Source of the DNA: Trypethelium eluteriae
Taxonomy: Eukaryota
NCBI GenBank assembly: GCA_051942245.1
Contig: JAVECL010000214.1
Span: 1 to 35,335, forward strand
Direction: 5' to 3'
Length of the DNA stretch: 35,335 bases
Positions within the stretch are counted from its first letter, which is position 1; each line of letters opens with the position of its first letter. The notes below the pieces were generated by a model. The model searched no databases. It had not been told where the DNA came from and saw nothing but the letters and a program-made list of their open reading frames with translations. This document shows positions 11,689 through 25,000 of this stretch, piece after piece. Made by a program: the position numbers and the translations under genes.

Positions 11689-14142
11689 CTACGGCTTATA
11701 CTCCCCCTCAAGCCAGACATGTCTCCCGTCCATTCGATGCAAATACATCAAAAGACCTTCTTCGCCTTCTTTCCCACCGTCATCATCTTGTAACAAGCTT
11801 CTCTCGACACACTCGTATTTGGTGATCCTAAGTCCCCAGACTGCGATGAGATCTCCACTCCACATGGCGTCTCCCCACAGCGACGTTGGCATAAAGTCTG
11901 CTGCCATGCGAACGATACCCAGAAGATCATTCAGATGATCTTCCAGATCTGCTAAAGCTGTCTCGGCCAAATTTCCTTCGTTCCCGAGATCGACGTCCCG
12001 TAAAGCCTCGAACCGAGTACGGGGGTCTGCAGAACCTAGGGTGCCACGACGCACACGGTCCAGAATGACTGGAAGATAGCTATGCCGTAGCCAGTCTGTC
12101 CAGCCACCGATCAGAGCTTTGGATCTGATGTCACCATTTTCGCCATTGGTCCCGTGCTTGTCGAAATCCTCCTTTTCATGCATGATAAGGAGCCAACAGA
12201 GCCAAAGTGTCCAGATGTCTTCTTCCCATCCGGCCTGCTGGAGAACATGCACGTCCGAGGTGTTGGCTGATCGCTCGATCCCGGCAAGGAAGTTTCGATG
12301 TGCAGATGGGAAGGCCTGCTGCCAGATATCAAGTACCTCTGGAAGGGTCATTAGCATCGAACAGCAATCGTGCTGAGATATATCGTGTAAGGGTTCGAGA
12401 ATCGGTCGGACAGATTGCACGAATGTATGGATGCCTTTGAGCACGCTATTGAGGATGCGGATCTGGCCATCCCGATAAATCTGGGCATTCGCTTGTAATT
12501 TGTTCTTTGGTGTTGAAGGCAGAACGCTTTTCTCGAGTGTGATCCGAGCGAGCATTGGCTGGACTTGCTCGAGGAACTGTCGCGAGATGGCAAAGATGTC
12601 CCAACACGCCCTATTGTCAATCAGATAGTCCTTCAGATTGACAAAGGATACATCTTTGCCGCGTTCTCGCATCACCATGTGAAATAAGAGCTCAACCAAG
12701 GTGGGTGGCAGTGCACTCCAGAAGGAGAAAGGGTCATGGTAGTAACTTTGAGCTAAGTACCTTGGACTCGGGAGATAGAAAGTGCCTGCAGAAGAGTCCC
12801 ATCCATTTGCATCAAATAGCTCCGGTCGCGTGCTTCGTAATTTATTTTGTACCGTCACTGGTGGTGGTCTGAAGGCAAGTGCAAATCGATCCCAAGGATT
12901 CTGAGATACGCAGAAGCCATAACCCATAAGTACTAGCTCGAGTCAGTCCAAGTCCAACTCATCCCAGCATGTTATCACACGGCAGAAAGATGAACATAGT
13001 ACTTACGTTCTTCATTCGCTTTCCTACCATAATTATTGAAAACTTCTTCGCCTTGCTTCTTAGGTTCTTCCACTGTCATGGTAAACGAGTCTTTCTCAAA
13101 GGACCAATTGACCTCCGCCGAATGGTCATGATTGAATGCGTCAAGGATTGGGAAAAGAACCTGAAACGGACCATTAGCGGACGGAAGCGTTACCGTCACG
13201 GCAGTTGGTTCGTGTCCCTGCGTTCGAAAATATGCTCTGTATGTTTCTTGATTGTTATGTCAGTCAAATGAATTGAGATGGAAAAGTTACGTCAATGTCA
13301 ACTTCATGAGCTTCTCAAAGAGTTGATATTACCCCGCGAAAATATTTGCGCTCTCCGAAGCAAGAAATGAATCGCGAGACATACTTTGATTCTTTGGTCT
13401 TTGGAGATCGTAAGGGCTGGTGTCGGGGGCGCGAGCCGGGTCTACAGAAGAATACTCAGCAGCATCGCCCTTGAGCCATTGAGATGTAAAACTTCGAGAA
13501 GTATAGACTGTAGCAGCCCATTGGAAGAGGCGCCTTAGCAATACTGTCAGCTTCACATGTAAAGATTGTAGCAAGAGACTCTCTTGATGAAATATCTCCT
13601 GAGTGTAACTGCGAGACTCACCAGGTGTACTTCTCTACCGGCCAATGATATTTTCGGAGGATGTCCAAACCCTCCTCCCAGTAGACTTGCCAGGCCTTTG
13701 TTCGCTGCCAATGGGCGGCCAGCAGATTAGTACCTCCAAGCCATTGAAGATCTTCATCCTTGAAGTATACAAGCGTTCCCAGTTGCTCCGCTGCAGAGGG
13801 AGATGGCAAAGTGTCTATGTATGGCTTCCAAAACGAAGACGCCGATGCCAAATACTCATGGACCAGGAAAAACCAGCCCACCGGCTCTGGAGGCAGAGAA
13901 GCAGCCAAGGCAAGCCATGGTGGATTGGAGTCTGGCTGCGAGGAAGACGCTACTGCGTCCAGGCACGAGAATGAAAGTGAAGCGGGACAGGAACACACAC
14001 GCGTGTCTGGCCCCAGGGACGCACCATGCTTGACACGGACATGGACGCCCAATTCCTTCTCATGGGCTAGTTCAAGGTCCGAATGCAGCCAGCCCCCATT
14101 GGCCGTGAACCATTGTTGGAATGCCGTCAGGCACTCTAACAT
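11689..14142 (-). CDS. SET-domain protein methyltransferase (Rubisco-LSMT/SETD3/Rkm-like), ~717 aa; exons 14142-13622, 13533-13385, 13246-13007, 12932-11689
   Basis: WFTANGGWLH, SFWKPYIDTLP, FQWAATVYTSRSF, LFPILDAFNH, GEEVFNNYGRKANEE|LLMGYGF are hallmark SET/LSMT motifs. Donors GTGAGT 13621, GTATGT 13384, GTAAGT 13006. Boundaries of the middle intron are ambiguous. Confidence 0.85.
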
Positions 14143-14650
14143 GATTCTTAAGAGCACCTATATCGGCTGGAGCCCAGCCCATTTTCGTGAGTGGTGCATT
14201 GAGGTCGCGTGGTGATTTTTAAAAGGGCAAGATACATAATCGTGGTGCCGGACAAAATCTTGGCGGTTCATCGTACCGGGGGCGACCACGTTCCAGCGAC
14301 AACATTCCGGATCATCTCCCATCACCCTCCATGAGTACTCATCTCCTTAGAAATCGGAATGTCGGAGATCGCTCTTGGTTTCCTCGTCGAGAGGCATACC
14401 TCGAAGATTTTTCAGCGGTGGTGAGGATCACCTGCAGTGTGCGTTTGGTTTTATGGAGGTATGACCTAAATCCGAGTCTATGACGACCATCAGCGGCTTT
14501 TGTAAAACAACAGCTCCGATACCATGAATTTAAGAATCTTTTCTCCCTTTATGGACTCAAATTTTTCTATTTAGTCTTTTGTCACAAGTCGCTCTACTCA
14601 TAGTATCAATAAATTCGTCCTATCCTAGAAGAACCAGCTTCACTGTCACT

Positions 14651-15859
14651 ATGACTACTGCTCAGAAATCGGCCGTGAATGTGGTCTTTGGCGCCATGAC
14701 AATCGGCAAGAAGGGTAGGTGTTCTAAATTCTATGTAGTGCCTCGAGTTGACACCGGCTAACATGACATAGGTGCCGAGCAGGCTCGTGTTCATGTATTT
14801 ATCGCCATGCTGTTGGCTGCACTATTCATTCTAACAACAGCAACAGACCCTTGAGGAAGCATCCGCGATTCTCGACATATTCCAGAAGCATGGACACAAT
14901 GAGATAGACTCTGCTCGAGTATATGGAGAAGGGAGTTCAGAGACGATGCTCGGAGATCTTGATCTTAGAAAACGCGGTATTGTGATTGATACCAAGTACT
15001 ATCCCACCGGTGAGTAGAGCTCGAAATAATGAACCACTTCTAGACAAAATCTGACCATCAACTTGCAGCGGGAAAGGGCAGCTCTAGTAATAGCAACTGG
15101 GACTTGCAGATGAGGCATGACGCTGAGGGTCTCCGCAAGAAACTAATGGAGTCACTGCAAGCGCTCAAAGTCGATAAGCTAGACATGTGGTACCTTCACG
15201 GTCCAGACAGGACGACTCCTTATGATGAGACCATGAAAGCCGTCAATGATCTCTACAAGGAAGGCTATTTCACACGCTTTGGCATCAGTAACTATATGGC
15301 ATGGGAAGTTGCTCAAATCTGCGAACTCTGCGATCGACACGGCTGGATCAAGCCATCTGTGTACCAAGGCGTGTATAATGCGATCCACCGCACAGTAGAA
15401 CACGAATTGTTTCCTTGCTTACGTCACTATGGCATCGCATATTTCGCCTACAACCCCTTGGCTGGAGGCTACCTTACGGACCGGTACACGAGAGAGAGCA
15501 AGGGCGGAGACGGCGGCGATATCGAAGAAGGCAGCAGATTCGATCCCGAAAGATGGCAGGGAAAAATGTACCGGACGCGGTACTGGAACGAGCCATACTT
15601 CGAAGCCCTGGACATCATTCGACCGGCTGTGAAAAAGCATGGACTCACTGAGGCCGAATGTGCGCTTAGGTGGATGACTCACCACTCACAGATGAAGAGG
15701 CAAAACGGCGATGCCATTCTCATCGGTGCAAGCTCCACCAAGCATATGGAACAGAACATGGTCGACCTAGAGAAAGGCCCATTGCCAGATGACGTCGTCC
15801 AGGCGCTTGATCTAGCATGGGAGAAGGTGAGGGGAACAGCATGGAGATATTTTCACTGA
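14651..15859 (+). CDS. Aldo-keto reductase, AKR7/aflatoxin B1 aldehyde reductase-like, ~346 aa; exons 14651-14714, 14772-14794, 14847-15009, 15069-15859
   Basis: VVFGAMTIG, IDSARVYGEGSSE, IDTKYYP, WYLHGPDR (D/Y/K/H tetrad), GISNYMAWEV, YQGVYNAIHR, YNPLAGG, IGASS. Three GT..AG introns of 52-59 nt. Confidence 0.92.
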
Positions 15860-16056
15860 ATCAAGCAATGGCGACGATTCTGTAATCTGCAGATAGGACT
15901 AGACTATGTACAGCTGCTCAATAGACCTTCTAAACGCTCAGGATTGATTTAGAAACTGCCGCCAAGCGCAGAACATATTCCTGTGCATAACCATAGCATT
16001 AAAAGCTCTCATATGAAGCATGTCTCGTGTGCGACAACATCATTCATCAACCTGCC

Positions 16057-19000
16057 TCATCCCTTCGCACTCCATTTGTCATTATATGCCGTCACTGCAA
16101 CACCAACCTGCCGATACAACCAATTTCTGCTACCTTCATCCTGCACAGGGATGAAAGGCCCATTCGTGCCTCCCTTGAGTGTGATGCTCATGCCTGTCCG
16201 TTCCTTGCTGATAGTCTGAATGTCCTTGAGCGCGACATCCCACTCCGTTGTCAACTTCTTCGTCCTCACCAGCATGATGGCATTGTATGTAAGCATGACC
16301 AGCATATCCTTGCCCGGGAGCTCGAGATGCGCGATGTAGTCCTCGTTGAAATACTTCCCGTTATCTATTGTCTTCAACCAAAACTGGCCAAGTGCCTCCC
16401 GCTGTGAGTACTGTCTCACGATACCATCAGTGCCGATGAACCGAGTCAAGCGGACGCGGTCCAAGCCCTCTTGGTCAAACACGGTGGTCGTATTGCGCAC
16501 GCCCTCGGAAATGTTGGACGCCAAATCGAAGGCGCCGATCGCGGGCTTGGTAGCAAGGCCCAAGAAACCCTTGCCAACGCCCTTGACGAAACCTTGCAAG
16601 CCCTCTTTTTCCGCACCTTCGAGCGGATGCCTAGCTAAACCTCCAATTCCACTTGCCAAGCTACTTCCGAAAGCGTTGCCGCCGGAGGTAATACCGTAGA
16701 GCGCGTGCTTCGGCCGGTTGCGCGACCGGGACATTCTGCGCTGGTCTTGGAATTCTTTGTCCATGGTCGCGGCAGCCAGACCTTTGGATATGCTCCCCGT
16801 GAATTTGGAGACACTGTCGGACAAGCCAAAGACAGATTTCTTGACAAAGCTGGAAGCTCCTTTCGCGATTCCGATTCCGAGCTCTTGGGGCCGGTCACCA
16901 GTCATGACGAGGCCCTGGTAGGGTTCGTAGAAAATATCAGCGACTCCAGAGCTGACGTTGTTGAACAGGCCGACCGGGTTACCAAGGAAGTCCGCAGAAC
17001 CCAGAACAACATGTACTTGGCGGAGACTCTCTTGCACATAATGACTCTTGATGTTGTTCGTAAGCGCATTGACCGTGACTCTGGCATTCTCCAATAGCAA
17101 AGCGTTATATCGAATCGGAGCATCATTGACATTGCCGATGGACATGGTGAGGACATTGACTGCGAACATAAATGGATTTGAAGGACTGCCAGTGTCCTCG
17201 GCGTTGATGCGCTCAGTTCTGACGAAAGAGAGATCGAACTGCATCGGCTGAAGGTGCAGTAGCTCAAAGTAAATGTCTTGTCCACCTTGCTCTTGCTTAG
17301 GTTCAGGAATGTCCAAGTGTGTATCACACAGCTTGCCCTCCTTCTCTTCAGACCACGATGCTCCAGGAACCTTCGTGAAATCGAGTAACGCAAAAATGAA
17401 ATCTTCATCGATTTCAATAGTCATCTGCTGCAAGAGCACTGTGAAGTATTTGATGTAAAGAACACCGTAAGAATCGTCTTTGACACGTGTGATCATCGAG
17501 TGGAAGATCGGATGTTGTTCCATGTCCTTCCCTGTTTTCGGGACGACACTGGGATAGAATAAGATCGGGAAGATCCCACCGTAGAGCTGATTGTCGATCT
17601 GGATCCATTTGACAGTTGAATTAAGCGTCTGGTATAGCTTCGAGTCGGTATACTTGAGCTCAATGTCACGTAGTGTCACGTAGACGAGTTCCCGTAGCTG
17701 TCGATTGACTAGCGATACGCCAATCCCTGCAAGTCGTAATTGGGCTTTGAGAGTCACATCACTTTCAATGTCTTTAACCTCGAAGCCAGCTGAAGTCGAC
17801 TGAGAAGCAGTAGCAGACTTCTGTTTGTACAAGCTTTTGGACTGCTTGTAATTGGATAACACGAGCGTCTGAGTAGGCCCGTCAGCTACAACATTGATAT
17901 CAACAATGCGGCCGCGGCTCTGATTCTGTGAAGGGGGAATCTTGAACGGTATCTGATTTCCAATCTCCGCAAGTTTGACATGGCGTTCCTTCTTGTTGGC
18001 GGCGATGACAAGATCCTTATTCTTTGCTGCGGGATAGTCCCAAGCGTATGGCATGATGCTCCTTGGAGGAAGGCGATACTTGATTGGTCGCCACCCAGAT
18101 CCCCGATCTTCCTCATCCTCATCCACATTTGGATTGGACTGCCAGAACAAAAATTCGGTATCACTTTCGTTTCGCATCGAGAATGGCCAGTGCTTGGTCT
18201 CCACGCTCACATGGAGGAAAATCGTGGCAGCTTCCATTAAGATTTCGATTCGAACAAGTTGTTGCCGCTGGCCTGCTTTCGCAATCTTGACGTGAACGGT
18301 ACCTACGTTCGCGATGTCGAACGGAGACGACCACTGGTTGTTCATGCCTGGGAAGCACAGACTCAGCTGCTGACCGACGCTTTGACGAAGAAATTTGAGC
18401 GGTAACAGATCGCTATTTTTAGCAGTCATAACATCGGAAGAGCCCGGTTCTCTAATGTTGAGGTCTTCGCCAATCTTATTCTTGAGTATGAAGCGAGGGG
18501 CAATGGTGACCACTTTGGTCAACTTGTACTATCGTAGAGAGTAAGCAGCTTGTGAAGGAGTCAGTTGACAAATGCTTACCTTTCCCTCGCCTTCCTCGAC
18601 TGTAACACCGGCGTGCATTTGTGACCGATCGCTGGAGGATTGCAAAGTGACATCGTAATTACTTCCAATAGCATCAAAGCTTTGAGGTTTACTCCATGCT
18701 GAATCGTCGACCTTGAGTAAGGCGCGATTCTTCCTGTCATCGGTCGGGAAGGAGAACATGAAAGGTTGCGCCTTGCCTGCATCGTTCTCTGCATTCGCGA
18801 ACACGCCCTGGCCTGCCGCACTTTTGGCTGATCCCATAAAAGCTTTGCTGCGAACATCAAGCTCCATTCCGGTCCTATTGAGCACAAGGTAGGGAGCATA
18901 GACAGTAACTTTGAAGGCTCCACCACTGTCTGGGATGTTGTAGTAATGAAGCTTTAATCGCAAGGTAAGGTCGTTGTTATCTTTGACAATGAGGTTCTTC

Positions 19001-22000
19001 TCCCGCCGGAAGTCTTCACGATCAGAAGAGTTAATAATTGCAAACTCACTCTGCTTGAAAGGCGTGTCTTGCATGTCAATGCTCATCAATAGCAAGTGAG
19101 ATAGTTCCACAACGTGGACCGGACTCACTCCACCCTTTCTGAGGAAATTCGTCCAGTCCTTTTTGGTATTCTTGTCGTATATACGGTACTTGAAGTCAAA
19201 AGGCAGCAGGTTTTGTATCTCCACTGGCGCAGACAGTCGGACTCGCATGTACGGATAGACACCTGTTAATGGATCGTTCTTGTTGAAAGTTGCATTCATT
19301 TGGAAATAGAAAGGAGGCGATTGTTGATCACCATGTTCGCCTTGGCAGGTGATGGTGCGCGTTGACTTCTTCAAAAGTTCTCTCCAGAACAGTCTCTCAT
19401 TCGACCAAGTGTAGCCAAAACCTTGGTCAGGACGGACAACAAGAGAGTGCATGAAAGCAGCGCCAACAGGGGCAGGGCGACCTTCTCCCGGAGCAATCTT
19501 TTCGATTTTGAGTAAGTGACCCTCTTCCGGACTGAAAACTCCAATCTCCACGGGTATTTGGGTGTTATTCTCCACCAACAACGGAGACCGGAAAGTAATG
19601 TATTTAACGTTATCACCCCCAAGCTTGACATCGACGAGCATCCGGTGAAGAACCTTATCTTTGCGTGGATTTAGAGCGTAGAGAGTTTCACCCTCTCTAT
19701 TGACTGGTATCCGATCGATGCTCTTAAACCCGCTCCCTTCGAGCAAGATGCCAACGACTCCGGTAGCCCCCTCGGGAGCCAGCGTCTCTCTGGTCACAGT
19801 AGGATCCTCGAATCGCCACGGAATTTCTTGGCCGTCAGACAATTTAGCAGCTGCTTCCGAACCTGTGTCGTCGCCCACGGCCCAGATGTTCATGTCAAAT
19901 CCGGTGTAGTTCCGAATCCGGTAAGGTGCATCTGTGCCTCGAGGTTTCGAGAGAACGTCCTCATCTGTCGATAAGAATTGGGCTGATTTTGATGCAAGCG
20001 CGATAGTTGCCGAAGTCACAGTGATTTCGAGTGATTTTCGTGAGTAAACATCGAGCGAAAGCAATTCTGTGCCCTGCTCTTTAGACATATGAAAACCCAT
20101 GGACCATAGCTCAATAAGTGGTTCCCATGCAGATTTGGAGAAGTTGTAGACATTGAAGTATGTGTCAATGCTGGTATCAGCAGTCATGGTAGAAGACCAG
20201 TCTCGGACATCAACGTCAAACTTTTTCACGCTCCAATCTAGTATTGGAAGTTCATGGAGATCTCCAATCAAGACAACCCGGATGCCAGCGAAAGCAACTT
20301 TCATCTCCTCGTGTTTTATGATCTCTGAGCTCTGAGGCTGGGTTTGCTCGGGGGCGGTAGTCTTTGACCGTTTTGTGCTAATGGTCTTGGCCGTAGGCTT
20401 TCCTACGGTGGACCCACCCTTTGCTACAGTCGACTTCTTTTTTTCTCCAGCTGGTGCTCCTTTGAGTTCTTTTATCTTTTGTGGCTCATCCCCTTCCATG
20501 CTAGAATTTTCAGGTGCAGACATTGCAGAGGCCCTACTAAAGACCTGCATAGCAAGTAAGATGTCCCTCAAAGATAACCGAAGGACTAAGGGCTCGATGT
20601 CGACATAGATGCTCATGACTGACGCGTCCTTGGCTTGTGAGCCCATATCAAGCGATGTCTGAATGCTGAAGTCGTCCAAAATGCGAAGACGCGAGTCGTC
20701 AAATCTGTCCATTCGACAGAGGAACATGCCGATTTTTTCGACTTGAAGGGTCATAGCATGCTGTTGAGACACCAGCACTTGCTTGGTGCTGAGGACTACG
20801 GCCTCGGAGTTGGATATAGCTGGATTAGCAATAAGCACGACTTGCGCATCCACCACGTTCACGCGGTAGGACATCGTCATCGCCTCATCTTTCGCATCTT
20901 CTTGTTTCTCTACAGCGGCGCTCGGCTTCTGTTGCGTAACAGCGTGAGATTGATCGCTCTTTCCGGACTCACCATCGTCCGCATCGGCATCCTCATCCTC
21001 AATCGCTGTGGACTCATTGCTAGCCAGACCGGCGTCCAGAAAAGATTTCACAGCGAATAGGTAGTCAAGGGCCAAAATTACTCGCGGACTGTCCACAGTC
21101 AAAAGGGCGATCAGATGCCGGTCTTTCCCTCCAGAGATAGAAACACTAGCCATGAATTGCTGTTTCACATCGTTGTTGATTAGAGACATGATCTTACGGA
21201 ACTTGTTTGTCTCTCGCGTTCGAGTGTCCTTGATTGTAAATGACTGGACTAGCAATTCTGACTCCAACGATCCGTCGCTCATCATGCGCATCTTGATGCT
21301 GGTTTCGTTCAAAGAAAATTTGGAAAGACTAGCAGCTTCGAGATCTCCGACCGGTTCTGAGGGCTTGCCATTTATCAACTCAAGGCCAACAGCTCCTACC
21401 TTGAACGTTAGATCGAGCTTGGTCCACGATTCTCCGCCAGGACCAAGCTCCGGCCCAAGATCGGTTGCGACGTTTGGACTTTGAAGCTGTTCGCTGTGGT
21501 AAGTATCCGTTATTGCCTTGGCTGGCTTCACTGTAGAATCCGGCAATTCCTCCTCTACCTGTTCTTCAACACCGCTAGGGTCTGTAGCAAATGCGGCAGG
21601 GATTGTTCTAGATAGGTAAAGGATGAACTTCAATTGCTCTTGGGTGATTCTTAAATTGATATTAGACATCGATCCTTCAATTTCTAGATCGGGACGTTTA
21701 AAGCCTGGCTTGTGTTGGATGTACGTCACCTTGAAATCGATATCGACTTTGTCAATAAGCTCTAGTTCCTCAGACTTTTGATCTGGATAGTGGAACAGTG
21801 ATGTCAGTCGAATCTTGTTGATGCCAGCCGTTAGTTTATTTGCCACATCCGACTGTTTCGAATCATCCAATGGCACGAAGCTATTGCTGGCGTAAATTTC
21901 CCCGAGATATGCAGTGAGCTGATCTCTTTCCGCTCGATCGCTGATGACCATTTGGGGGAAGACAACAATTGGCGTTTTGACGAGAATGTCAAAATGCATC

Positions 22001-25000
22001 TTATTTGCCCGTTCTTGAAGCTCACTGGCCTGCTCTGCTGCAGCCTGCCGAGCGGCATTGAAGACGGCTTGCATCTTACCAAATTTGACTCCGAATTCCA
22101 TTATTTTCCTGAAGGGTTCTGTGACGAAATTCACTTTCAGCGATCCTGACCTCAAAAAGATGGACGAGTCGAAACCCGGATATGAGTTCGAGGCAGCGTC
22201 AAAGGTCTCATATCTGAAGTCAGCCAATTCATCACCTTGTATGCTGACAAGCTGTCTGAATGAAGAATCAGGTGATACGCCTTGGTTGACATCGTCGACG
22301 AGTGATAGATTGCCAAGCCTTGCCCCTATTTGCATTTTACTACCCATCAAGAAGATGCCAACATTCGCAGTAGTCAAACTGAGCGTCGCAAGTCTAATGC
22401 CGTCATTGTTCAGAATAACAGCAACTCTTGTCAAATTGGCCTTGATTCTTATCTTTTCGGTCTCGTCAGCCTTGGCAGGGGTAGGCTCGTGCTGCTGTTG
22501 ACCCTCTGAATGAGTGACTTTTCGCGTATCGTCAGCACTAGTCGGCTGCTCCTGGTTGGTGAAGGTTAAGAGAACAAAATCCAGCAGCGTCAGCAAGGTC
22601 TTCCGAGTGACGATCACGTTAATTGTCGACACAGAGACATCAAGATTGGTGGCAATCCCCTCATAAGTGGACAAGAACTCCGGAGAATCCTTGTTGACCT
22701 TCACGAATTTTAGCTGGAACAAGTGCTTGTTTGAGGATTTCAGGTCGTCGGAGGAGACAATATTTTTGAATTCTGGCATAGTGTCAACCTCAACGTGGTC
22801 TTCTACTGCCAAACTCTTCAAGCTCAGGTCCGCGACCATATCGTAGGGTCTCTGGTAAAATTCCAGATGAAATTGCTCAGCGATAAGCTCCACAAGCAAT
22901 TGATCAGGCTTGACTCCTTCTGGATCAGACCGGTACAGGGACCCTTGAAGCTTCTCAACCGTGAATTTGAACTCAAAGTTTCGTTGATGAATGGATATGT
23001 CACCACTCGGGACCTCAGAAGCATCTTGGAAAGTGCTATCCTTGCTATCATCTCTCTCATCTTCAATAACAAGGTCATGCTCCTGCTTTGAGAATTGGAA
23101 TGATTTTGACCTGTCTCGACGTGTTTGCTGATTGTCTGTATCTGCTTTGGGACTTTTCGAGGGCTGCCTCTCAGTGTCTGTACCCGGGTCTTGCTCTGTA
23201 TCAAACTTTGGGATAGCAACATCGAGTAACCTCATGAGACTCTTATACTTTGCATCAGATACCGATGCGTGCAGGACGGGTAAGTGACCAGCGATACGAA
23301 ATCTGGTAAGGTCAGCAGCTTTCGGAACGATACAGGTTTCGATGCTAAAATTCATGTTTATACGGTCGATGAGATGCATATTCTTCGCTGGAGAGTCCGG
23401 ATCCAATTGTGCCCTTGTCCCTTCGACTGTAGAACCAATGAGAACTTGGGTTGACTCGAGCTTGAGAATAAATTTGTCGTACATCAGCTCCTCTAACCGT
23501 TTGTAGTCCGCGTCAGAGTACTGTTGCGAGCGCTTAGCCTGAATATCTCGAATTGTTGCCTTGTCTACAAGATCGCTTGTAACGCTTGCATGACCAGCGT
23601 CGAGGATCAAGCATATCGAGCTTTGCTGGGTCACGCTATCCGGCACAATTATTAGAGGGGCTTGCAGATCAAGCTGCGCGTCGATAGTCTTGTGCTCTTG
23701 AAGTGCAAATTCCAACCCAGCTCTGGTCTGCTTTCTAAGGCCCTCTACGGTCGCCCCGGCCGTTTCAAGAAGTGCGCCAATGGACTCCATGTGACGTTCT
23801 GGTGGTTTAAAGAATTTGGCCACCTCTACCACAAAACGAGGGTTGTAGACGATTTCCATGCCTTTTAATTTGACTGTGAGAGCAGAATCAGCTCTACCGT
23901 CAAGTGGATTTTGCTCGAAGGATAACTGGAAGAATGGGTCTTCTTCCGCGGACTCGTCTTTCTCCTCTTCTGCATCACCAAAGGTCTCATCGCGGTCGAG
24001 CTCTTCAATGCGACGATCTTCTGAGACGGGCGGTGCGTCTTTGATGCTGATAATTTGAGGCCAAAGGCTTCCTTCGGTAGTTCCATCATAAAGTCTCATA
24101 CCATCCAGACTCAGATCGACAAGCATAGAATCTGGTCTTTGCAAAGCTTTCGCCGTAAACGAGTCAAAAAGGAGACGTAAAATTTCCGTATTCTTGCCAT
24201 GAGGATCCCGCTTCAATGTGAAACCTCCAGTCCTTAGGCTCAACTCGATTTGCATCTTCACGGCATCCTTTGGCATGTCCACAGCCTCAGTAATGCTCTT
24301 TTTCTCGTCGAAGTCTATAGCATCATAAAGCTCCTTGCGCTGCTGATCTGTCATCTGTGCATCTTGCTCAGCTTCTTGATTTTGTTGTTGCTGCCCACCA
24401 CCCCAGACCCATTGCGACCACGTCTGTTTCGGAGGTGGTTTCTGTACGCCAACGTTCTCCTTTCGTAGCTGATTACGAGCAAGAGATCTCCAAAAGCGAA
24501 GGTCTTCATAGGACAACTTCCTCTCAAGGGTATCAAGTTCCTGGGCTTCAGAGGCACCCAATTTCTCGTCTTTTTTCTTCTTCTTAAAGAGCTCGATGTA
24601 TCTTCGGCGATCATCCCTTCTCTCTCTGAAATAATCCCAAGACCATTTCCGATTTCGGTCGTGGATTTTCTCTAGGACTGCCTTTCCTGCGAATTGTAGC
24701 CATGCGCGGGGATCTTCCTTAGGACCAGATTCGGGTTGGTACTTCTTGTATTCTTGATGTCGGAGGAAATAGTGGAAAAGGTCAACAAGCATGAGTGCGT
24801 CGCGGTATTGATCCTCATCAATCACGAAGCCTAATTCGTCGAAGAGTAGTCGTGCTTTGAGGTTCGGTCGATCCGTCTTCCCAGTTTTGTCCATCTCAAG
24901 GCCAGCTCTACCGGTAACGGGCTTGAGAATGAATTGGTGCTCGTCAATCGATGCACTATCACCTTTGACTATCATCTCACGGAACTTCTCAAGAATGGTG

